From: Eledone cirrhosa
Lineage: Eukaryota
NCBI GenBank assembly: GCA_964016885.1
Contig: OZ024756.1
Coordinates: 1,674,001 to 1,738,000, forward strand
Direction: 5' to 3'
Length of the DNA stretch: 64,000 nucleotides
Both the position numbers and the translations under genes were made by a program. How positions within the stretch are numbered: the stretch's first letter is position 1; each line of letters begins with the position of its first letter. This document shows positions 24,290 to 36,310 of this stretch, in pieces. A model generated the notes under the pieces. It searched no databases. It saw nothing but the letters and a program-made list of their open reading frames with translations, and was not told the DNA's origin.

Positions 24290-27200
24290 TCTTGCTGTCT
24301 TCAGTACATCTATGAAGTGTGCAGTGTCAGTGATCTGGTCCTCTGTCTTGCTGTCTTCAGTACAACTGTGAACTTTGTAGTGTCAGTGATCAGATCCTCT
24401 GTCTTGCTGTCTTCAGTACATCTATGTAGTGTGCAGTGTCAGTGATCTGGTCCTCTGTCTTGCTGTCTTCAGTACATCTATGAAGTGTGCAGTGTCAGTG
24501 ATCTGGTCCTCTGTATTGCTGTCTTCAGTTCATCTATGAAGTGTGCAGTGTCAGTGATCTGGTCCTCTGTCTTGCTGTCTTCAGTACATCTGTGAAGTGT
24601 GTAGTGTCAGTGACAAGGTCCTCTGTCTTGCTGTCTTAAGTACATCTATGTAGTGTGCAGTGTCAGTGATCAGGTCCTCTGTCTTGCTGTCTTCAGTACA
24701 TCTATGTAGTGTGCAGTGTCAGTGATCTGGTCCTCTGTCTTGCTGTCTTCAGTACATCTGTGAAGTGTGTAGTGTCAGTGATCAGGTCCTCTGTCTTGCT
24801 GTCTTCAGTACATCTATGAAGTGTGCAGTGTCAGTGATCTGGTCCTCTGTCTTGCTGTCTTCAGTACATGTATGAAGTGTGCAGTGTCAGTGATCTGGTC
24901 CTCTGTCTTGCTGTCTTCAGTTCATCTATGAAGTGTGCAGTGTCAGTGATCTGGTCCTCTGTCTTGCTGTCTTCAGTACATCTATGAAGTGTGCAGTGTC
25001 AGTGATCTGGTCCTCTGTCTTGCTGTGTTCAGTTCATCTATGAAGTGTGCAGTGTCAGTGATCTGGACTTCTGTCTTGCTGTCTTCAGTACATCTATGAA
25101 GTGTGCAGTGTCAGTGATCTGGTCCTCTGTCTTGCTGTCTTCAGTACATCTATGAAGTGTGCAGTGTCAGTGATCTGGTCCTCTGTCTTGCTGTCTTCAG
25201 TACATCTATGAAGAGTGCAGTGTCAGGGATCTGGTCCTCTGTATTGCTGTCTTCTGTACATCTATGAAGTGTGCAGTGTCAGTGAACTGGTCCTCTGTGT
25301 TGCTGTCTTCAGTACATTTATGAAGTGTGCAGTGTCAGTGATCTGGTCATCTGTCTTGCTGTCTTCAGTTCATCTATGAAGTGTGCAGTGTCAGTGATCT
25401 GGTCCTCTGTCTTGCTGTCTTCAGTTCATCTATGAAGTGTGCAGTGTCAGTGATCTTGTCCTCTGTCTTGCTGTCTTCAGTTCATCTATGAAGTGTGCAG
25501 TGTCAGTGATCTGGTCCTCTGTCTTGCTGTCTTCAGTACATCTATGAAGTGTGCAGTGTCAGTTATCTGGTCCTCTGTCTTGCTGTCTTCAGTTCATCTG
25601 TGAAGTGTGCAGTGTCAGTGATCTGGCCCTCCGTCTTGCTGTCTTCAGTACATCTATGAAGTGTGCAGTGTCAGTGATCTGGTCCTCTGTCTTGCTGTCT
25701 TCAGTTCATCTATGAAGTGTGCAGTGTCAGTGATCTTGTCCTCTGTCTTGCTGTCTTCAGTTCATCTATGAAGTGTGCAGTGTCAGTGATCTGGTCCTCT
25801 GTCTTGCTGTCTTCAGTACATCTATGAAGTGTGCAGTGTCAGTTATCTGGTCCTCTGTCTTGCTGTCTTCAGTTCATCTGTGAAGTGTGCAGTGTCAGTG
25901 ATCTGGCCCTCCGTCTTGCTGTCTTCAGTACATCTATGAAGTGTGCAGTGTCAGTGATCTGGCCCTCTGTCTTGCTGTCTTCAGTTCATCTATGAAGTGT
26001 GCAGTGTCAGTGATCTGGTCCTCTGTCTTGCTGTCTTCACTTCATCTATGAAGTGTGCAGTGTCAGTGATCTGGTCCTCTGTCTTGCTGTCTTCAGTACA
26101 TCTATGAAATGTGCATTGTCAGTGATCTGGTCCTCTGTCTTGCTGTCTTCAGTACATCTATGAAGTGTGCAGTGTCAGTGATCTGGTCCTCTGTCTTGCT
26201 GTCTTCAGTTCATCTATGAAGTATACAGTGTCAGTGATCTCGTCCTCTGTCTTGCTGTCTTCAGTACATCTATGAAGTGTGCAGTGTCAGTGATCTGGTC
26301 CTCTGTCTTGCTGTCTTCAGTACATCTGTGAACTTTGTAGTGTCAGTGATCAGATCCTCTGTCTTGCTGTCTTCAGTACATCTATGAAGTGTGCAGTGTC
26401 AGTGATCTGGTCCTCTGTCTTGCTGTCTTCAGTTCATCTATGAAGTGTGCAGTGTCAGTGATCTGGTCCTCTGTCTTGCTGTCTTCACTTCATCTATGAA
26501 ATGTGCATTGTCAGTGATCTGGTCCTCTGTCTTGCTGTCTTCAGTACATCTATGAAGTGTGCAGTGTCAGTGATCTGGTCCTCTGTCTTGCTGTCTTCAG
26601 TACATCTGTGAACTTTGTAGTGTCAGTGATCAGATCCTCTGTCTTGCTGTCTTCAGTACATCTATGTAGTGTGCAGTGTCAGTGATCTGGTCCTCTGTCT
26701 TGCTGTCTTCAGTACATCTATGAAGTGTGCAGTGTCAGTGATATGGTCCTCTGTCTTGCTGTCTTCAGTTCATCTATGAAGTGTGCAGTGTCAGTGATCT
26801 GGTCCTCTGTCTTGCTGTCTTCAGTACATCTGTGAAGTTTGTAGTGTCAGTGATCATGTCCTCTGTCTTGCTGTCTTCAGTACATCTATGTAGTGTGCAG
26901 TGTCAGTGATCTGGTCCTCTGTCTTGCTGTCTTCAGTACATCTGTGAAGTGTGTAGTGTCAGTGATCAGGTCCTCTGTCTTGCTGTCTTAAGTACATCTA
27001 TGTAGTGTGCAGTGTCAGTGATCAGGTCCTCTGTCTTGCTGTCTTCAGTACATCTATGTAGTGTGCAGTGTCAGTGATCTGGTCCTCTGTCTTGCTGTCT
27101 TCAGTACATCTATGAAGTGTGCAGTGTCAGTGATCTCGTCCTCTGTCTTGCTGTCTTAAGTACATGTATGAAGTGTGCAGTGTCAGTGAACTGGTCCTCT

Positions 27201-30200
27201 GTCTTGCTGTCTTCAGTTCATCTATGAAGTGTGCAGTGTCAGTGATCTGGTCCTCCGTCTTGCTGTTTTCAGTACATCTATGAAGTGTGCAGTGTCAGTG
27301 ATCTGGTCCTCTGTCTTGCTGTCTTCAGTACATCTATGAAGTGTGCAGTGTCAGGGATCTGGTCCTCTGTCTTGCTGTCTTCAGTTCATCTATGAAGTGT
27401 GCAGTGTCAGTGATCTGGTCCTCTGTCTTGCTGTCTTCAGTACATCTATGAAGTGTGCAGTGTCAGTGATCTGGTCCTCTGTCTTGCTGTCTTCAGTTCA
27501 TCTATGAAGTGTGCAGTGTCAGTGATCTGGTCCTCTGTCTTGCTGTCTTCAGTACATCTATGAAGTGTGCAGTGTCAGTGATCTCGTCCTCTGTCTTGCT
27601 GTCTTAAGTACATGTATGAAGTGTGCAGTGTCAGTGAACTGGTCCTCTGTCTTGCTGTCTTCAGTTCATCTATGAAGTGTGCAGTGTCAGTGATCTGGTC
27701 CTCCGTCTTGCTGTTTTCAGTACATCTATGAAGTGTGCAGTGTCAGTGATCTGGTCCTCTGTCTTGCTGTCTTCAGTACATCTATGAAGTGTGCAGTGTC
27801 AGGGTTCTGGTCCTCTGTCTTGCTGTCTTCAGTTCATCTATGAAGTGTGCAGTGTCAGTGATCTGGTCCTCTGTCTTGCTGTCTTCAGTACATCTATGAA
27901 GTGTGCAGTGTCAGTGATCTGGTCCTCTGTCTTGCTGTCTTCAGTTCATCTATGAAGTGTGCAGTGTCAGTGATCTGGTCCTCTGTCTTGCTGTCTTCAG
28001 TTCATCTATGAAGTGTGCAGTGTCAGTGATCTGGTCCTCTGTCTTGCTGTCTTCAGTACATCTATGAAGTGTGCAGTGTCAGTGATCTGGTCCTCTGTCT
28101 TGCTGTCTTCAGTACAACTGTGAACTTTGTAGTGTCAGTGATCAGATCCTCTGTCTTGCTGTCTTCAGTACATCTATGTAGTGTGCAGTGTCAGTGATCT
28201 GGTCCTCTGTCTTGCTGTCTTCAGTACATCTATGAAGTGTGCAGTGTCAGTGATCTGGTCCTCTGTATTGCTGTCTTCAGTTCATCTATGAAGTGTGCAG
28301 TGTCAGTGATCTGGTCCTCTGTCTTGCTGTCTTCAGTACATCTGTGAAGTGTGTAGTGTCAGTGACAAGGTCCTCTGTCTTGCTGTCTTAAGTACATCTA
28401 TGTAGTGTGCAGTGTCAGTGATCAGGTCCTCTGTCTTGCTGTCTTCAGTACATCTATGTAGTGTGCAGTGTCAGTGATCTGGTCCTCTGTCTTGCTGTCT
28501 TCAGTACATCTGTGAAGTGTGTAGTGTCAGTGATCAGGTCCTCTGTCTTGCTGTCTTCAGTACATCTATGAAGTGTGCAGTGTCAGTGATCTGGTCCTCT
28601 GTCTTGCTGTCTTCAGTACATGTATGAAGTGTGCAGTGTCAGTGATCTGGTCCTCTGTCTTGCTGTCTTCAGTTCATCTATGAAGTGTGCAGTGTCAGTG
28701 ATCTGGTCCTCTGTCTTGCTGTCTTCAGTACATCTATGAAGTGTGCAGTGTCAGTGATCTGGTCCTCTGTCTTGCTGTGTTCAGTTCATCTATGAAGTGT
28801 GCAGTGTCAGTGATCTGGACTTCTGTCTTGCTGTCTTCAGTACATCTATGAAGTGTGCAGTGTCAGTGATCTGGTCCTCTGTCTTGCTGTCTTCAGTACA
28901 TCTATGAAGTGTGCAGTGTCAGTGATCTGGTCCTCTGTCTTGCTGTCTTCAGTACATCTATGAAGAGTGCAGTGTCAGGGATCTGGTCCTCTGTATTGCT
29001 GTCTTCTGTACATCTATGAAGTGTGCAGTGTCAGTGAACTGGTCCTCTGTGTTGCTGTCTTCAGTACATTTATGAAGTGTGCAGTGTCAGTGATCTGGTC
29101 ATCTGTCTTGCTGTCTTCAGTTCATCTATGAAGTGTGCAGTGTCAGTGATCTGGTCCTCTGTCTTGCTGTCTTCAGTTCATCTATGAAGTGTGCAGTGTC
29201 AGTGATCTTGTCCTCTGTCTTGCTGTCTTCAGTTCATCTATGAAGTGTGCAGTGTCAGTGATCTGGTCCTCTGTCTTGCTGTCTTCAGTACATCTATGAA
29301 GTGTGCAGTGTCAGTTATCTGGTCCTCTGTCTTGCTGTCTTCAGTTCATCTGTGAAGTGTGCAGTGTCAGTGATCTGGCCCTCCGTCTTGCTGTCTTCAG
29401 TACATCTATGAAGTGTGCAGTGTCAGTGATCTGGTCCTCTGTCTTGCTGTCTTCAGTTCATCTATGAAGTGTGCAGTGTCAGTGATCTTGTCCTCTGTCT
29501 TGCTGTCTTCAGTTCATCTATGAAGTGTGCAGTGTCAGTGATCTGGTCCTCTGTCTTGCTGTCTTCAGTACATCTATGAAGTGTGCAGTGTCAGTTATCT
29601 GGTCCTCTGTCTTGCTGTCTTCAGTTCATCTGTGAAGTGTGCAGTGTCAGTGATCTGGCCCTCCGTCTTGCTGTCTTCAGTACATCTATGAAGTGTGCAG
29701 TGTCAGTGATCTGGCCCTCTGTCTTGCTGTCTTCAGTTCATCTATGAAGTGTGCAGTGTCAGTGATCTGGTCCTCTGTCTTGCTGTCTTCACTTCATCTA
29801 TGAAGTGTGCAGTGTCAGTGATCTGGTCCTCTGTCTTGCTGTCTTCAGTACATCTATGAAATGTGCATTGTCAGTGATCTGGTCCTCTGTCTTGCTGTCT
29901 TCAGTACATCTATGAAGTGTGCAGTGTCAGTGATCTGGTCCTCTGTCTTGCTGTCTTCAGTTCATCTATGAAGTATACAGTGTCAGTGATCTCGTCCTCT
30001 GTCTTGCTGTCTTCAGTACATCTATGAAGTGTGCAGTGTCAGTGATCTGGTCCTCTGTCTTGCTGTCTTCAGTACATCTGTGAACTTTGTAGTGTCAGTG
30101 ATCAGATCCTCTGTCTTGCTGTCTTCAGTACATCTATGAAGTGTGCAGTGTCAGTGATCTGGTCCTCTGTCTTGCTGTCTTCAGTTCATCTATGAAGTGT

Positions 30201-31850
30201 GCAGTGTCAGTGATCTGGTCCTCTGTCTTGCTGTCTTCACTTCATCTATGAAATGTGCATTGTCAGTGATCTGGTCCTCTGTCTTGCTGTCTTCAGTACA
30301 TCTATGAAGTGTGCAGTGTCAGTGATCTGGTCCTCTGTCTTGCTGTCTTCAGTACATCTGTGAACTTTGTAGTGTCAGTGATCAGATCCTCTGTCTTGCT
30401 GTCTTCAGTACATCTATGTAGTGTGCAGTGTCAGTGATCTGGTCCTCTGTCTTGCTGTCTTCAGTACATCTATGAAGTGTGCAGTGTCAGTGATATGGTC
30501 CTCTGTCTTGCTGTCTTCAGTTCATCTATGAAGTGTGCAGTGTCAGTGATCTGGTCCTCTGTCTTGCTGTCTTCAGTACATCTGTGAAGTTTGTAGTGTC
30601 AGTGATCATGTCCTCTGTCTTGCTGTCTTCAGTACATCTATGTAGTGTGCAGTGTCAGTGATCTGGTCCTCTGTCTTGCTGTCTTCAGTACATCTGTGAA
30701 GTGTGTAGTGTCAGTGATCAGGTCCTCTGTCTTGCTGTCTTAAGTACATCTATGTAGTGTGCAGTGTCAGTGATCAGGTCCTCTGTCTTGCTGTCTTCAG
30801 TACATCTATGTAGTGTGCAGTGTCAGTGATCTGGTCCTCTGTCTTGCTGTCTTCAGTACATCTATGAAGTGTGCAGTGTCAGTGATCTCGTCCTCTGTCT
30901 TGCTGTCTTAAGTACATGTATGAAGTGTGCAGTGTCAGTGAACTGGTCCTCTGTCTTGCTGTCTTCAGTTCATCTATGAAGTGTGCAGTGTCAGTGATCT
31001 GGTCCTCCGTCTTGCTGTTTTCAGTACATCTATGAAGTGTGCAGTGTCAGTGATCTGGTCCTCTGTCTTGCTGTCTTCAGTACATCTATGAAGTGTGCAG
31101 TGTCAGGGATCTGGTCCTCTGTCTTGCTGTCTTCAGTTCATCTATGAAGTGTGCAGTGTCAGTGATCTGGTCCTCTGTCTTGCTGTCTTCAGTACATCTA
31201 TGAAGTGTGCAGTGTCAGTGATCTGGTCCTCTGTCTTGCTGTCTTCAGTTCATCTATGAAGTGTGCAGTGTCAGTGATCTGGTCCTCTGTCTTGCTGTCT
31301 TCAGTACATCTATGAAGTGTGCAGTGTCAGTGATCTCGTCCTCTGTCTTGCTGTCTTAAGTACATGTATGAAGTGTGCAGTGTCAGTGAACTGGTCCTCT
31401 GTCTTGCTGTCTTCAGTTCATCTATGAAGTGTGCAGTGTCAGTGATCTGGTCCTCCGTCTTGCTGTTTTCAGTACATCTATGAAGTGTGCAGTGTCAGTG
31501 ATCTGGTCCTCTGTCTTGCTGTCTTCAGTACATCTATGAAGTGTGCAGTGTCAGGGTTCTGGTCCTCTGTCTTGCTGTCTTCAGTTCATCTATGAAGTGT
31601 GCAGTGTCAGTGATCTGGTCCTCTGTCTTGCTGTCTTCAGTACATCTATGAAGTGTGCAGTGTCAGTGATCTGGTCCTCTGTCTTGCTGTCTTCAGTTCA
31701 TCTATGAAGTGTGCAGTGTCAGTGATCTGGTCCTCTGTCTTGCTGTCTTCAGTTCATCTATGAAGTGTGCAGTGTCAGTGATCTGGTCCTCTGTCTTGCT
31801 GTCTTCAGTACATCTATGAAGTGTGCAGTGTCAGTGATCTGGTCCTCTGT
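24290..31850. repeat. Tandem block duplication, period 3752 bp (67 monomers)
   Basis: Rare markers recur at +3752: TACAACTGTG at 24361/28113, AAGAGTG at 25211/28963 and AGGGTTCT at 27801/31553. Ends are approximate. Confidence 0.9.
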
Positions 31851-34800
31851 CTTGCTGTCTTCAGTACATCTATGAAGTGTGCAGTGTCAGTGATCTGGTC
31901 CTCTGTCTTGCTGTCTTCAGTTCATCTATGAAGTATGCAGTGTCAGTGATCTGGTCCTCTGTCTTGCTGTCTTCAGTACATCTATGAAGTGTGCAGTGTC
32001 AGTGATCTGGTCCTCTGTCTTGCTGTCTTCAGTTCATCTATGAAGTGTGCAGTGTGAGTGATCTGGTCCTCTGTCTTGCTGTCTTCAGTACATCTATGAA
32101 GTGTGCAGTGTCAGTGATCTCGTCCTCTGTCTTGCTGTCTTCAGTACATCTATGAAGTGTGCAGTGTCAGTGATCTGGTCCTCTGTCATGCTGTCTTCAG
32201 TTCATCTATGAAGTGTGCAGTGTCAGTGATCTGGTCCTCTGTCTTGCTGTCTTCAGTTCATCTATGAAGTATGCAGTGTCAGTGATCTGGTCCTCTGTCT
32301 TGCTGTCTTCAGTACATCTGTGAACTTTGTAGTGTCAGTGAACAGATCGTCTGTCTTGCTGTCTACAGTACATCTATGTAGTGTGCAGTGTCAGTGATCT
32401 GGTCCTCTGTCTTGCTGTCTTCAGTACATTTATGAAGTGTGCAGTGTCAGTGATCTGGTCTTCTGTCTTGCTGTCTTCAGTTCATCTATGAAGTGTGCAG
32501 TGTCAGTGATCTGGTCCTCTGTCTTGCTGTCTTCAGTACATCTGTGAAGTTTGTAGTGTCAGTGATCAGGTCCTCTGTCTTGCTGTCTTCAGTACATCTA
32601 TGTAGTGTGCAGTGTCAGTGATCTGGTCCTCTGTCTTGCTGTCTTCAGTACATCTGTGAAGTGTGTAGTGTCAGTGATCAGGTCCTCTGTCTTGCTGTCT
32701 TAAGAACATCTATGTAGTGTGCAGTGTCAGTGATCAGGTCCTCTGTCTTGCTGTCTTCAGTACATCTATGTAGTGTGCAGTGTCAGTGATCTGGTCCTCT
32801 GTCTTGCTGTCTTCAGTACATCTGTGAAATGTGTAGTGTCGGTGATCAGGTCCTCTGTCTTGCTGTCTTCAGTACATCTATGAAGTGTGCAGTGTCAGTG
32901 ATCTGGTCCTCTGTCTTGCCGTCTTCAGTACTTCTATGAAGTGTGCAGTGTCAGTGATCTGGTCCTCTGTCTTGCTGTCTTCAGTACATCTATGAAGTGT
33001 GCAGTGTCAGTGATCTCGTCCTCTGTCTTGCTGTCTTAAGTACATGTATGAAGTGTGCAGTGTCAGTGAACTGGTCCTCTGTCTTGCTGTCTTCAGTTCA
33101 TCTATGAAGTGTGCAGTGTCAGTGATCTGGTCCTCCGTCTTGCTGTTTTCAGTACATCTATGAAGTGTGCAGTGTCAGTGATCTGGTCCTCTGTCTTGCT
33201 GTCTTCAGTACATCTATGAAGTGTGCAGTGTCAGGGTTCTGTTCCTCTGTCTTGCTGTCTTCAGTTCATCTATGAAGTGTGCAGTGTCAGTGATCTGGTC
33301 CTCTGTCTTGCTGTCTTCAGTACATCTATGAAGTGTGCAGTGTCAGTGATCTGGTCCTCTGTCTTGCTGTCTTCAGTTCATCTATGAAGTGTGCAGTGTC
33401 AGTGATATGGTCCTCTGTCTTGCTGTCTTCAGTTCATCTATGAAGTGTGCAGTGTCAGTGATCTGGTCCTCTGTCTTGCTGTCTTCAGTACATCTGTGAA
33501 GTTTGTAGTGTCAGTGATCATGTCCTCTGTCTTGCTGTCTTCAGTACATCTATGTAGTGTGCAGTGTCAGTGATCTGGTCCTCTGTCTTGCTGTCTTCAG
33601 TACATCTGTGAAGTGTGTAGTGTCAGTGATCAGGTCCTCTGTCTTGCTGTCTTAAGTACATCTATGTAGTGTGCAGTGTCAGTGATCAGGTCCTCTGTCT
33701 TGCTGTCTTCAGTACATCTATGTAGTGTGCAGTGTCAGTGATCTGGTCCTCTGTCTTGCTGTCTTCAGTACATCTATGAAGTGTGCAGTGTCAGTGATCT
33801 CGTCCTCTGTCTTGCTGTCTTAAGTACATGTATGAAGTGTGCAGTGTCAGTGAACTGGTCCTCTGTCTTGCTGTCTTCAGTTCATCTATGAAGTGTGCAG
33901 TGTCAGTGATCTGGTCCTCCGTCTTGCTGTTTTCAGTACATCTATGAAGTGTGCAGTGTCAGTGATCTGGTCCTCTGTCTTGCTGTCTTCAGTACATCTA
34001 TGAAGTGTGCAGTGTCAGGGATCTGGTCCTCTGTCTTGCTGTCTTCAGTTCATCTATGAAGTGTGCAGTGTCAGTGATCTGGTCCTCTGTCTTGCTGTCT
34101 TCAGTACATCTATGAAGTGTGCAGTGTCAGTGATCTGGTCCTCTGTCTTGCTGTCTTCAGTTCATCTATGAAGTGTGCAGTGTCAGTGATCTGGTCCTCT
34201 GTCTTGCTGTCTTCAGTACATCTATGAAGTGTGCAGTGTCAGTGATCTCGTCCTCTGTCTTGCTGTCTTAAGTACATGTATGAAGTGTGCAGTGTCAGTG
34301 AACTGGTCCTCTGTCTTGCTGTCTTCAGTTCATCTATGAAGTGTGCAGTGTCAGTGATCTGGTCCTCCGTCTTGCTGTTTTCAGTACATCTATGAAGTGT
34401 GCAGTGTCAGTGATCTGGTCCTCTGTCTTGCTGTCTTCAGTACATCTATGAAGTGTGCAGTGTCAGGGTTCTGGTCCTCTGTCTTGCTGTCTTCAGTTCA
34501 TCTATGAAGTGTGCAGTGTCAGTGATCTGGTCCTCTGTCTTGCTGTCTTCAGTACATCTATGAAGTGTGCAGTGTCAGTGATCTGGTCCTCTGTCTTGCT
34601 GTCTTCAGTTCATCTATGAAGTGTGCAGTGTCAGTGATCTGGTCCTCTGTCTTGCTGTCTTCAGTTCATCTATGAAGTGTGCAGTGTCAGTGATCTGGTC
34701 CTCTGTCTTGCTGTCTTCAGTACATCTATGAAGTGTGCAGTGTCAGTGATCTGGTCCTCTGTCTTGCTGTCTTCAGTACATCTATGAAGTGTGCAGTGTC

Positions 34801-36310
34801 AGTGATCTGGTCCTCTGTCTTGCTGTCTTCAGTTCATCTATGAAGTATGCAGTGTCAGTGATCTGGTCCTCTGTCTTGCTGTCTTCAGTACATCTATGAA
34901 GTGTGCAGTGTCAGTGATCTGGTCCTCTGTCTTGCTGTCTTCAGTTCATCTATGAAGTGTGCAGTGTGAGTGATCTGGTCCTCTGTCTTGCTGTCTTCAG
35001 TACATCTATGAAGTGTGCAGTGTCAGTGATCTCGTCCTCTGTCTTGCTGTCTTCAGTACATCTATGAAGTGTGCAGTGTCAGTGATCTGGTCCTCTGTCA
35101 TGCTGTCTTCAGTTCATCTATGAAGTGTGCAGTGTCAGTGATCTGGTCCTCTGTCTTGCTGTCTTCAGTTCATCTATGAAGTATGCAGTGTCAGTGATCT
35201 GGTCCTCTGTCTTGCTGTCTTCAGTACATCTGTGAACTTTGTAGTGTCAGTGAACAGATCGTCTGTCTTGCTGTCTACAGTACATCTATGTAGTGTGCAG
35301 TGTCAGTGATCTGGTCCTCTGTCTTGCTGTCTTCAGTACATTTATGAAGTGTGCAGTGTCAGTGATCTGGTCTTCTGTCTTGCTGTCTTCAGTTCATCTA
35401 TGAAGTGTGCAGTGTCAGTGATCTGGTCCTCTGTCTTGCTGTCTTCAGTACATCTGTGAAGTTTGTAGTGTCAGTGATCAGGTCCTCTGTCTTGCTGTCT
35501 TCAGTACATCTATGTAGTGTGCAGTGTCAGTGATCTGGTCCTCTGTCTTGCTGTCTTCAGTACATCTGTGAAGTGTGTAGTGTCAGTGATCAGGTCCTCT
35601 GTCTTGCTGTCTTAAGAACATCTATGTAGTGTGCAGTGTCAGTGATCAGGTCCTCTGTCTTGCTGTCTTCAGTACATCTATGTAGTGTGCAGTGTCAGTG
35701 ATCTGGTCCTCTGTCTTGCTGTCTTCAGTACATCTGTGAAATGTGTAGTGTCGGTGATCAGGTCCTCTGTCTTGCTGTCTTCAGTACATCTATGAAGTGT
35801 GCAGTGTCAGTGATCTGGTCCTCTGTCTTGCCGTCTTCAGTACTTCTATGAAGTGTGCAGTGTCAGTGATCTGGTCCTCTGTCTTGCTGTCTTCAGTACA
35901 TCTATGAAGTGTGCAGTGTCAGTGATCTCGTCCTCTGTCTTGCTGTCTTAAGTACATGTATGAAGTGTGCAGTGTCAGTGAACTGGTCCTCTGTCTTGCT
36001 GTCTTCAGTTCATCTATGAAGTGTGCAGTGTCAGTGATCTGGTCCTCCGTCTTGCTGTTTTCAGTACATCTATGAAGTGTGCAGTGTCAGTGATCTGGTC
36101 CTCTGTCTTGCTGTCTTCAGTACATCTATGAAGTGTGCAGTGTCAGGGTTCTGTTCCTCTGTCTTGCTGTCTTCAGTTCATCTATGAAGTGTGCAGTGTC
36201 AGTGATCTGGTCCTCTGTCTTGCTGTCTTCAGTACATCTATGAAGTGTGCAGTGTCAGTGATCTGGTCCTCTGTCTTGCTGTCTTCAGTTCATCTATGAA
36301 GTGTGCAGTG
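30470..36310. repeat. Tandem block duplication, period 2912 bp (52 monomers)
   Basis: Rare markers recur at +2912: TGATAT at 30491/33403, AGTGTGAG at 32051/34963, GTCTACAG at 32361/35273 and TCAGGGTTCTGTT at 33231/36143. Ends are approximate. Confidence 0.9.
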
